Source: Botryllus schlosseri (lineage: Eukaryota). From it: a stretch of 64,000 nt of DNA. Below, piece by piece: positions 13,251-25,800 of this stretch. Below the pieces are notes generated by a model, which saw nothing but the letters and a program-made list of their open reading frames with translations, did not search any database and was not told the DNA's origin. Each line of letters begins with the position of its first letter. Position 1 is the stretch's first letter. The stretch covers positions 15,254,001 to 15,318,000 of the forward strand of contig CM119371.1 in the NCBI GenBank assembly GCA_051294905.1, in the 5' to 3' direction. The position numbers and the translations under genes were made by a program.

Positions 13251-16200
13251 CGTCACATCCATATTCAAGTACCCAGGGAGGCATTGGCTCATCCCCGCTC
13301 CCACCAAATGATGGAGAGACGGGCCTTTTCCCGCATGTAGTACCTGGCCTTGAACAACCACTTTGCGGCAATCCTGGAATGCGGTCACTGGAATCTGAAT
13401 GGAGTATGATTCGAGTCGAGTAATGAAATTATACGATCCATGTCACTAAGGGTGAATTTATCAACGTGAATTATAGTTTTCATAATAAAGTGGAATCCTT
13501 GAAACCCCGGTAGTTCGTAACACAGCTACGATAAACGACGTACAATTCCATGCAAGTAGTGGAAACGACACCTCTCTGAAGTCATGATCAACCCACTGAA
13601 TTATCACCAAACTTGAACAAACTATCGCTACAATTCTTTGGAACGATCCTCATGTTCAGACTTTGAGGGCTATTTTAAGGTTGGTTTCAATGCATTGGCC
13701 AGTTTTTAATATGTATTTTTGAAATAAGCACAACACTAGCTTTCGATTAAGTTAAGTTAGATTGAATTTTAGTGCTCGCGTTGCCAGCTATAGGACTACC
13801 GTAACTTTTCAAGTATAGTACACCACCATGTATAATACGCATACTTAAAATGACAAGCACATTCTGGAAAAAAGCCTGCACCCATGTATAGTACATACAC
13901 TGCTTTCGCAGTACATGAATAGTTGTGTTTGGTATTCGAAATCATTCTGTTTGGTGTCACTGTGGAACAATCATGGCGTAACGATCTCTGATCATTATAC
14001 AATTCACGGCATTGTCTCTAAACGATAGTAGATAGCAGATAAAGCATGGGAGGCCTGCGATAGTTCAGGCCAGCAACAAGACATCTTGCGCAAGAGGTCT
14101 ATTACAGATGCGATTGCTCAGGCCACAGGTTATGTCGTGCGCACAAGGAATGTTGAAGACGCGTCTGTAGTGTTCAGGCCAGCGACGACATCTTGCGCAC
14201 TTGGCATGCTGTATATGCGAATGTTCAGGCCTGTCGGTGATGCGATAAAGTAGCAAGGATTGTCGAGCAGGTATGCAGTAATCAATAACCAAATTTCGCT
14301 CTCGTACAAACGGCAAACCAACTTAACAGGAGATCGCATGCTGTTGCGCAGTGCAGACGCTTCTCACTAATTGGCAGAGCGCAACACTGATAATACAAAT
14401 TACTGGGCAAGATGGCTTAATGTGATGCGCGATTAAAACAAACATGAGGAAAGGCGTGATTTCGAGTGTTATTTCGAGGGAAGTTTTTTTAATGCTCGGT
14501 GCACCCGTGCACCCCCGATTTTAGGACAAAAGATCAGTAAAATTTTGTGCATAATACATGGAAAATTTCTGTACTAATAATGCTGATTTTGCCTAGCTCA
14601 GCAGTTACCTGCATTGTGCATGTGAGCGTGACGACAGGAGCCGCTTATCTATCGTTAGGTTGGTAATCTATACTCCTACAGTTAGACTCACTTTTCGAAA
14701 CCTGTTGGGCCGTGGGTTTTGCTGTTGGGAGAAGATAGTCCAATAACTTCTTCGTGAATTTCGCTGTCTCTTCCTCAGATGGTACGGTCTCCTCACACCT
14801 GCTACCAACAGAAAATGACTATTAGAAATTTTCCAAAACAAATTTAGTTACTGAACACATATATTTCGTAGCATATTTCACAAGCATGTTTCGTACTTTG
14901 AGGTTATACAAACAACATACCACCACCAGGCGCGTGGCAAACGGACAAAATAGGAGGTGTTTCGATAACAGGATGTTCTACATTATATCGGATTTATCGG
15001 GCTAAATATATGCACAAACGCCTCTACTGCAGGAATCAGATAATCTCGCACATATCAACTCCGCAAATGTCGTAGCAGGAGACGTTATGATTTCGCATTC
15101 AAATAAGTAGTGACCTTAACTTGATATCATACAACAGAACCCGATGTTTTATTCTTTTTTATTTCGGCCCGTAGCACACCCACGGAACCCAGTTGTATCA
15201 TTAAGATATAGCACAATTATGGTAAGCGAAAATAAAAGCAGAAAGAGAAACAAAGACATCATTTGTCCTCGATTACCAAAAGAGAAGCAGCGCGATCAAA
15301 TTACAAAACAAAGATGTTGCCATTTTACATTCAAACAAGAACATGATCTCGAGTCCGTATCATATCAGATTTCACAAGTTAAAATGATCAATGCGGAATC
15401 TGTTATGTATGGATAAAATCTACGACGAATTAGCTTGGTTGTTGTAATAACGACTGCCCACCTTGCTGATCTTCTGGCACTCGGGCCTGCCAAATCCTGT
15501 TCTCTTACCGCCGCGGCAAAGGGACTGCGTAAAGGAATATCAATTTCTCACTAGTACTCGAAAATACCGATGGACAATGTTGGATGATGAAGACAATCAA
15601 TTCTAAGGATTCAAGTCGAGTAGGGAGAGATTATTTCTATGAGGGGGAATTTGGGCTCAAACTTAGGTCAATGGCGACCACGAGATGAAAAAGGTCGGGA
15701 ACCACTGGGCTAGAGTATATTCTGCCGATTAGGAGTTTTATTTCTGAATTAAAAGCAGTGGATTACATTGTCAGCATATGCTCCTGATTGGCAATGTTTA
15801 TATGGAGCTTGGTACATTTGACTCTCTGCATGGTTTCTATATCTTATAAATTTAATGAATTATGCTTACTCTTTACCAGGGTTGTTACCAAGTCACAAGA
15901 TTCTGAGTCACAAGTAAACCTCACTTTTATAGTTTTGACTTGAGTCAAGTCGAGTCATTTTCAATTCACCACCGAGTGAATTCGAGTCCAAGTGAGTCCG
16001 AGTCCAAGACATTGTGTTGACTGCTCAGTTTCCTGTTAGTCTTGCCACAGACACTGTTAATAACTCTGTTTGGTGATATCGAATAGTTTGCATTCATAAT
16101 ATACTAAATTTCCTCACTTTTAGCAGTTTTTGGTCGCATTTACAAGTACAAGTACCAATAGCCGAAATCCAATTAGCGTGATTACTAGGGCGGTTTTTTT

Positions 16201-17702
16201 TTACCTAAAAAAAAGAAAATTTTGACCTAAAAAATCAAAATTTGGACTTTTTTTGACCTAAAAAAAATGAATTTTGACCAAATTTTGACCTAACGTATGC
16301 AAATTAGGTGTTTTCCCAAATAATGTCAAAATTGTACCAGTTATCTACATTTCCGGTTGTAACTGGCTGTCCCAACGAAGTAGTTTGGCCTGAAAAAACG
16401 TTTTTGGCTTAGAAACAGGCGACTTTGTACATATAAAAAACAATATTTTACCGAAATCTGGCTCTATGAAGAATTCCAGTGGTTGCAATACGTATTATGG
16501 CGGAAATAATTTAGAAAAATTGTAGTACAACGAGAGATACTTTCCTATATTCTTGTGTAAAAAGTGCATGTCCTTACTTGCCAAGGACGTTCAACAGCAG
16601 CAGTTGGCTGACAACACTCAAGTTGTGCAATGTGCATACACTACTGGTGACGCAATATGTTGCTTCATTCTGACAATGTTGTCTATTACAATTTTTCATC
16701 ATGTGCTTCTCAATATAAGAATGATGCCCCAGTTAGGATATTGCGGTACGTTGACCATTGACCGTTGATGATTCAGTATGAGCAGACAATGCGCCGTGTA
16801 CAACAGTAGGCCTATAAAGTAGACTACAAGCTGTAAAATATCAAATGATACGTTCACAGACACTGCAAAATCTATGATACAAACGAAATAAAGACGTCAA
16901 AAAAATTTTGACTTTATGAACAATTTTGACAAATTTTGACCTAACGCTACAATTTTGACAAAATTTTGACAAATTTTGACATGTCAAAAAAAAACCGCCC
17001 CAGTGATTACTTTACTTTTCTTCGAAATTATAATGAAACGTCGGTCTTGGCCGTTAGAGTCTCGAGTCATATGACTTTGTACGAGTCATGCGCAATGACT
17101 CGAGTCCAAGTTGAGTCAATACACAAATTGACTCGAGGTGAATCATTTCCGTATTTTGAGAAAATGACTCGAGTCAAGTCGAGTCATCAGAAATCGTGAC
17201 TTAAACGGGACTCATGTCATGACATGACTTGAGTCTTTACAACCCTTTATCAAGTACAACAATTTGATTCCATATTTCTTAATGAGAGTTTTCTCGTGCC
17301 GGGCATGCATTGCTACAATAGGAAATCACATTTGAAATATTTGTGTGCAATGTGAATATGCAAGGATGGACAATTTCTGTTTCAAACGTTGCGCAAGTAG
17401 ATACATGCCATAGTTGGGGTAGATCTTATTTAGGCGTTGAATATTGCCGATACGAACGAACTCAAGCAGAAATTTTTCCAAAACTCCTTCACCTGGGAAG
17501 AAATGTCTCTCTTGGTTCAACAAAACCTGGTAGTAGGTTAGCCATAGAATACGAGTCGTTGTTCGACACCTCACTCTCGCTTGAGGAAATCCAGTCACCT
17601 GAAAAAACACTCATGTGCTATCCATCCGCCCAAGATTAGAAAAGGGAGACCAACGTCAAGTCATACACACCTTCCCCCTCGCATTCCTTGAGTTCCTGGA
17701 CC
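13251..17702 (-). CDS. Unit C (E1, E2, shortened E3, E4, E5; no E6)
   Basis: Exons 17671-17702, 17493-17598, 15462-15524 (new acceptor cctttacgcag, 63 nt), 14692-14798, 13251-13394; open frame. Confidence 0.7.
13799..14571. mobile_element. Same pogo-like MITE at the orthologous site of unit C
   Basis: Colinear with 9981-10666, same insertion point ggacta|. Confidence 0.75.
15877..17246. mobile_element. GAGTC-type hAT MITE with a nested hAT MITE (16186-17002)
   Basis: Outer cagggttgt...acaaccct; inner tagggcggtttttt...aaaaaaccgcccca with exact TSD gtgattac and ttttgac subterminal repeats. Confidence 0.88.
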
Positions 17703-18820
17703 CTGTTTGTGAATAGGCAGGTTGAAAACAAACTAATGAGAATGTAATGACACCTCATGGGTGCTGGATACTACCAATAGACAGTGCTGGATGATGATGC
17801 CAACAATATGAGTCATCGAACATGAATCGAGAAATTATTCTAACGATTCGAGTCAAGTATGACTTGATGCTTATTTCAAGTACTTAAACTATATGCTCAT
17901 TCCCAGCAAGAGTTATTTTGTCACGAGCCTTCTCAAGCTAGATTGGTCGTATTGAAGCATACGAAACTAACGTTGGTGGAACAGAGGTATCTGTGAAGTC
18001 GTGAATGACTCAGCATTTTCACCAAGTGCAATTGAATAGCAGGTGAAACGATGAGCGGGCGACCAAAAATCCAAGAATATTCGGAGCACTAAATCTTCGT
18101 TTACTGGAGTCGGGGGAGAACCCGTCCTAATAGTTTGTCGCAAGCAGGCCGCCGTGAAGTATAACTTAAGTCGGTATTATGGCAAAAACACAAAGACAGA
18201 CGCTCGGCTAAGGGAGGGCGCGTTTCGGAGGAAGAGTGCGTTTCGGAGGCACTGCTAGTTTCCATCAACGATAAAGTCTATTTAACCAGGCTGTACACTG
18301 CTCGAGAGGCAGCGACCAAGACAGGCTTTGTAGTATCCTAACCATATTTTTACTATCCTAATAAAAAATAGTCTCAGCGGGTTAACAAAGATTTTAAAAT
18401 GTATCATGTTCGCCATTGTTTTGAATTATGACGGCCAATAAATATTATTTTTGATAATTAACCGACACTTTCTCATCGTCAAATACCAATACATCCACTG
18501 AGTACCATGTATTAACAATGTAATTCACTCCTTCCAATTTAGAAATACAATTAAAACAACGTAGGATATAGTTAAAAAATTTTGATTCGCTCCACCAACG
18601 TATTTTCTGCTTTCATTTGGCCCGCGGGGAAAATAATTACCCACCCCTGACATATTGAATGTCTCGGCTCATATGACTTGGTCGGGTAAATACACAAAGT
18701 GAATCAAGTCGAGTTACGTGATTTTTCATGTATAACAAAATGACTCGAGTCGAGTAAAAAAAATTGCAACACGAGTCATTATAACACAGGGCCAAACTTA
18801 TTTACCGGGCACAACCTTAC

Positions 18821-21800
18821 CTGGACGACATAATCTTGGGAGTCGACTTTGACTTGAGCGTCGACTTCAACTTAGGCATCAACTTTGACTTGGGAGTCGA
18901 CTCGGACTTGGCCTTCCCAGCAGGTCTTGTAGTTGGCTCCTGTGATCTGTGATCTGTCATTGATTTTGCAACTGAAGTTTAGTGTCAAATATTTCCAATA
19001 CTATATGTCCGCGAAATTTTGAAGAGCGTCAACAAGAATATTCCTCTCGCTCTGAGAAATTCAATTCCAAACCGCCATCGCGTTACTTATACCGTACAGT
19101 CATAGTAGTTATTGTGACGAATAAAATAGCCATGCTGGCATAGTGCCTTGTAGCCTGCGAACAACCTGTAGTCAGAACAGCACCATAGAAAAAGACATAG
19201 TTAACACATGTTCTCCACCACATCAAGAAAAAAGAGGAAGATTGCTTCAAATATGTCCAAAGAAAATATAGTAGGGAATGAAGTGAAAAGATATTTCACA
19301 ACAGAGCTTGAGATCATGGAATTTCGCTACTGCTCTCCGTCTCCATCAAAAAGAGATTTCAGCAAAGGATGCACGAGAACTGTATAGCGCGAAAGAGAGA
19401 GAGAGAGAGAGTTTCATTAAACGAGCCAAGTTTGGTGTACAGACATTAATCATTCTAATGCTTGATTTGTTGAGCTGAACTTGAATTTTGCTGTTAATTT
19501 TTTCTCATTCGGAATTTCATTTAAGATTTGCGCATTAACTAATTCTAATCTGATTTGAAAAAAAAACATGTAGCTCTGCAAATTCTAATACTAATCTAAT
19601 TTGAAAAATTGTGTAGCTGTAATTCTAATTCTGAAGTAATTTGGAAAAAAATATGTAGCTCTAATTCTAGTACAAATCTAATTTGGAAATAATTGTGCCA
19701 TTCTAAATCTAATGTAATTTGGTAAACCTGTGTAGCTATTCTTCTAATACTAATCTAATTTGAAAAGAAATTGTGTATTTTTAAGTATAATCTAATTCGG
19801 AAATACTGTGTAGCGCTAATTCTAATTCGAAAAAAAACTGTATATCTCTAATTCTAATATTAATCGTAATCCATCCCGTATAACAAAAGATTTTATAGCT
19901 TGCAAGTCTGGTCTTAGAAGCAATTTGGCTGTTGACTGGCGTAATCTAATACTGACCTTCATATCCATTTTCAGGTGCCGAGGGTGGCTTTGGCGCAGCC
20001 CCGCTCCCACCAGATGATGGCGAGACGGGCCTTTTCCCGCTTTCAATATCTTGACTGGAAGAGCCCCTTGGTGGCGATCCTGGAATGCGGCTGCTGGAAT
20101 CTGAATAGGGCATTAATTATGATGATTCAAGTCAAGTACTGAAATCATACGCTACTTGTCACTAAGAGTGAATTTATCAACGAGGTCATAGTTTTCATAG
20201 TACAGTGAAATCCTTGAAACCTAATTTGCGGTTGGTTTCAATGCACAGGCAAGATTTGGGTTATGAACAGCAGGGGCCCGAAAACTGATCCCTGAGCACG
20301 TGAGCATGAGGACAGGAGCTGCATATCTATCCTCGGGTTTGTAACCTATGGTCCCATAGTTGGACTCACTTTTTGAAAGCTGTTGAGCCGTGGGTTCTGC
20401 TGCCGAGGGAAGAGAGTCCAATAAGGGGTGCAGACGTTTCGTTTTCTCACCCTCAGGTCGTACGGTCTCCTCACACCTGCTACTAACAAAAAATGACTAG
20501 TGGCGATCTTCAATAATAAATTCAGTTACTGTAACACATATATAACACAGCATATTTCGCCAGCATGTTTCATATTTTGAGGTGAGGCAAGCAAACACAC
20601 CACAACAACGCGCGTAGCCAACGGAGAAAAAAAAGGGCCGTTACGAAAACATGTTATAAATTATATTGGATTTATTGGGCAAAATATATGTACAAATGCC
20701 CCCACTGGAAGAATCAGATAATCTCGACATAATAACAACACTATACGCCTATACAATTTTACGTTAAAATAAGAACTTGATCTTGGGTCATTATCAAATC
20801 AGATTTCGCAAATTAAAATGTTCTATGTTCTGTTATGCATTTATAAAATTGACGACGAATTAGATTGGTTGTTGGAATAACGACTGCCCACCTTGCGGGT
20901 GTTCTGGTACTCGGTCCTGCCAAATCCTGCTGTTCTCTTCCTGCCGCGGCAAAGGGACTGCATGCTTTCTTTTTGCTGTTTGTTGATTGCAGGTTAAAAT
21001 CGAACCAACCAGAAACGTTAGGGAAAATATACTCCTAACTAGTACTCAAAACCACCATTGGATGACGCTGGATAATGAATACAATCATTCGGGTACTCGA
21101 ATCAGAATCGAGTAATAATTCTAAAGATTGAAGCCGAGTAGAGAGGGGAAATTTAGGCTCCATTCTCGGCCAATGGGTTCACAAGATAAAAAAAAGGCTG
21201 GTAACCACTGGGTAAGAGTATATTTTACGAAATGGGAGTTTTATTTCTAAATTGAAAGCAGTGAATTACATTGTTAACACATGCTCCTAACTGGAAATGT
21301 TTATATGGGGCTTGGTACGATAGCTACAGGTTTCATGATGACATGATATATTAGTCTCTCTGCATTGTGTCTATATCTTATAACTTAGACATTATGCTTA
21401 CTCTTTACCAAGTACACCAATTTTATTCTAATATTTCTTAATGAGATTTTTCTGGTGCCAGGCATGAATTGCTACAATACGAAATCACATTTACACAATG
21501 TGTGTGCAATGTGAATAAGCAAGGTCGTACAATATCATCCCGCTCTGTTTCGAACTTTGCACAAGTAGAATATGCCCTTCTTGGGGTAGATTTTATTTAG
21601 GCGTTGAATATTGCCGATACGAACGAACTCAAGCAGAAATTTTTCAAAAACTCTTTCACCTGGGAGGAAATTTCTTTTTTAGTTGACGCGCGCCTCCTGG
21701 TAGTAGCTTACCCATAGAATACGAGTCGTGACTCGACACATCACTGCAGGTGGAGGAAATCTCGTCACCTGAAAAAAAAAACATGTGCTAACCATCGGCC

Positions 21801-21872
21801 CAAGATCAGAGAAGAGAGAGCAACGTCAAGTCATACGCACCTTCCCTCTCGTTTTCCTTGGGTTCCTGGACC
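18821..21872 (-). CDS. Unit B (E1-E6) of the exon-cassette array
   Basis: Exons 21841-21872, 21660-21768, 20892-20975, 20370-20476, 19957-20100, 18821-18971; splice sites as in unit A, all open in the same frame. Confidence 0.75.
19535..19860. repeat. Intronic degenerate ~35-40-bp satellite (ctaattctaatctaatttggaaaaattgtgtag)
   Basis: Present next to every E5 copy with variable copy number (also ~1220-1345, 6335-6460, 8155-8410, 13020-13165, 23875-24048). Confidence 0.85.
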
Positions 21873-22889
21873 CTGTTTGTAAATAGGCAGGTTAAAATCG
21901 AACTAATAAAAATGTAAAGACGCCTCACTGGTACTCGAAACTACCAATGGACAGTGTTGGATGATGATGCCAATGATACGAACACTCGAGTCTGAATCGA
22001 AAAATTATGTTAATGATTCGAGTCAAGTACGACTTGATGAATATTGCAAGTACTTAAACTATATGCTCATTCCCAGCAAGAGTTAGTTCGACTCGGGCCT
22101 TCTCAAGTTAGATTGGTCGTATTGAAGCATACAAAACTAACGTTGGTGGAACAGAGATATCTGGGAAGTCGTAAATGACTCAGCATTTTCACCAAGTGTA
22201 ATTGAACAGGTGATGAAACGATGAGCGGACGGGTGGCTGAAATTCCAAGAATATTAGGCGCACTAATTCTTCGTTTATTGGAGTCGAAGGAGAACCCGTC
22301 TTATCAGTTTGTCGCGAGCAGGTCGCCGTGGAGTATAATTTAAGTCGGTATTATGGCAAAAAGACAAAGACAGACACTCGGCTAAGGGAGGGCGCGTTTC
22401 GGAAGCACTGCTACTTTCCATCAACAATAAAGTCTATTTCACCAGGCTGTAGACTGCTCCAGAGGCAGCAACCAAGACAAGCTTTGTAGTATCTTCAATA
22501 CATTTTTCATTATCCTAATAAAAAATCGTATCAGCGGGTTGAAAAAGCGTTCAAAATGTATCATGTGGTGTGGACCATTGTTTTGAATTATGACTGCGAT
22601 AATTAATCAACACTTCCTCGTTGTCAAATACCAACAGATCCACAGGCCACCATGTATGTAACTCACTGCTTTCCATTTAGAAATACAAATGAAACAGGAT
22701 ATAGGCCCACCAACGTATTTTCTGCGATCATTTGGCCCGCGGGGATAATAATCGCCCACTCCTGCCATATTGAATGTCATATGACTTGGTCGGGTTAATA
22801 CACAAATTGACTCAAGTCAAGTCAAAGAAAAATTGCAACTAGAGTCATTAGAACCCAGGGCGAAACTTATTTACAGAGCACAAGCTCAC

Positions 22890-25800
22890 CTGGACGACTT
22901 GGTCTTTGGCGTCGACTTTGGCGTCGACATGGCCTTTGGCGTCGACTTTGACGTCAACTTGGTCTTTGGTGTCGACTTTGGCGTCGACTGTGACGTCAAC
23001 TTGGTCTTCGGCATCGACTTTGACGTCAACCTGGCCTTGGGTGTCGACTTCGACGTCAGCTTGGTCTTTAGTGTCGACTTTGACGTTAACTTGGTCTTCG
23101 GCATCGACTTGGACGTCAACTTGGCCTTGGACGTCGACTTGGACGTCAACTTGGCCTTGGACGTCGACTTTGACGTCAACTTGGCCTTGGACGTCGACTT
23201 TGACGTCAACTTGGCCTTGGGCGTCGACTTTGACCTGGCCTTCCCAGCAGGTCTTGTAGTTGGCTCCCGTGATCTGTGATCTGCTGTTGAATTCGCAACT
23301 GAATTTTGGTGTCAAATATTTCCAATGCTATATGTCTGGGACATTTTGCAGGACGTCATACATCATACAGTCATAGTAGTTATTGAGACGAATAAAATAC
23401 CCATGCAGGCATAGGAGCTTGTAGCCTGTGAACAATTTCTAGTTATAATCACCAACAGAACGGCACTACTGAAGAAAAAGCCTTAGTTAACACAGGTCTT
23501 TTCACACATGCTCTCAACTACATCAAGAAAAAAGAGGAAGATTGCTTCAGATCTATCTAAAGAAAATATATTAGGGAATGAAGTGGAAAGATATTTCTCA
23601 GCAGAGCTTGAGAACACAAAATGTGATGTTTTGAGTTACTGGAACTCAGCTCAAGAACTCGCAAGTGCGCGTGCAACATCACCTCCATCGGAAAGAGTTT
23701 TCAGACAAGGATGCGAGAGAACTGTATGGTGGGAAAAAGAGAGAGAGTTTCATTAAATCAGCCAAGCTTGGTGTACAGAAGTTGATCGTTCTCATGCTTG
23801 ATTTGCTATGGGCTGAACTTGAATTTTGCTGCTAAGTCTTTCTCATTCGGAATTTCAATCAAAATATGCGAATAAACTAATTCTTATCTACTTCGTAAAA
23901 AATTGTGCAATTCTAATTCTAATCTGATTTGGTAAAACTGTGTAGCTCTTATTCTAATACTAATCTAATTTGGAAAAAATGTGTATTTTTAATTCTAAAT
24001 GAAATTTGGCAAAACCGCATATCTCTAATTCTAATTGTAATTCTAATCCATTTCGTTAAGTTGAAGATTTTCTAGTTTTCCAATTCTGATCTCAGAAGCA
24101 ATTTGGCTGCAGACCAGCGTAATCTCATACTGACCTTCATATCCATATTCAGGTGCCGAGGGACGCTTTGGCGCAGGCCCACTTCTACCAGGTGATGGCG
24201 AGACGGGCCTTTTCCCGTGTCTAGTACCTTGCCTGGAAGAGCCCCTTGGTGGCAATCCTGGAATGCGATTGCTGGAATCTGAATAGAGTATTAGTTCTGA
24301 TGATTCGAGTCGAGTACTGAAATTATATGATCCTTGTCACTAAAGACTGGGTCACATTCTCGTAAAATCGTACCTCGTACGATTCTCACTCTCTCACTAA
24401 ATTGGCCAAAACGAGAGATTACGTCATCGCTGAACGAAAAGTGAGAATAAAGGTAACGCATGTTGTCGCTGCCAAGCGTCAGCCGAGCCTCTTGCGACCC
24501 CTTATTGCAGCTATCAATTCTCACAATTTAGCTCGGCAAGTCCACAATACGCTCGTACGAATCGCTCTCTCCATGTAAGGTCTGTGTAAGGTCCGCGTAA
24601 AAAACGAGAGAGAGGAGGCTCTTTACGCCGAGCAAATGAGAGAAGAGAAGAGAAAGGAGAGAAACTAAAGAAATGCTTTACGCGCCCTATACGCCATACG
24701 ATTTTACGTACGTGACTGATGCTTAAGAGTGAATTTATCAACGAGAATTATAGTTATCCTAATCGAGTGATATCCTTGAAACCTCGATCGGTCATAACAC
24801 AGCTTACGATAAACGTCGTACAACTCCATGCAAGTAGCGGAAACGACACCTCTCTGAAGTCATGATTAACCCACAGCATTATCACCAAACTTGAACAAAC
24901 TACCGGCACCAGTCTTTGCAACGATCCTGATGTTCAGATTTTGAGGGCTATTTTGAGGTTGGTTCCAATAAACTGGCCTGATTTTATTATATATTTTTAA
25001 AGTACGACACTAGCTTGCGATGAAGTCAAGTTTGATTGAATTTTAGCGCTCGGGTTGCCCGCTATAGGACTGCCAATAACACCAATTTTGCCCGGCCCAG
25101 CAGTCGACCTCATTGTGTATGTTAGCTTGACGACAGGAGCTGCATATCTATCCTTAGGTTGGTAATTAATACTCCTACAGTTGGACTTACTTTTTGAAAG
25201 CTGCTGAGCAGTGGGTTTTGCTGCCGACGAATGAGAGTCCAATAAGGTCTGCAGACACTTCGTTTTCTCTTCCTTAGACCGCACGGTCTCCTCACACCTG
25301 CTACTAACAAAAAATGACTTGTAGCGATATTCGAAAATGAATTCAGTTACTGTAACACATATATATCAAATCATATTTCGCAAGCATGTTTCATACAGAG
25401 AAATAAAAGGGGGCGTTTCGCGAACAGGATGTTATAAATTATATCAGATTTGTAAGGCTAAATATATGTACAAATGCCTCTACTGCAAGAATCACACAAT
25501 CTCGCACATAATAACAACACCATACATAACCCCGCCAATGTCGTAGCAGGAGACCTTATGATTTCGCATTCAAATAAGTAGCAACCTCAACTTGATACCA
25601 TACAACAGGACCAGTTTCACACATGGTAATGCATCCCGTCAGAATATGTTATACCCGACGTTTCAATCTTTTTATATTTCAGCCCATAGCCATAGCACAC
25701 CCTAAGAAACCAGTTGTATTGTTAAGATATAGGCAATTCCTAATTAGCTGGTTCGTGGTACAGAACTTGAATATAGCTATCAATACAACATCCATTGTAA

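Noticed and set aside
22833..23279. Plus-strand ORFs (VDFDVNLVFG and STLTSTW repeats) and the minus-strand VDVKVD ORF
   Set aside because: By-products of a stop-poor minisatellite made of palindromic hexamers; splice phases and the unit-B stop support only the minus-strand KST frame.
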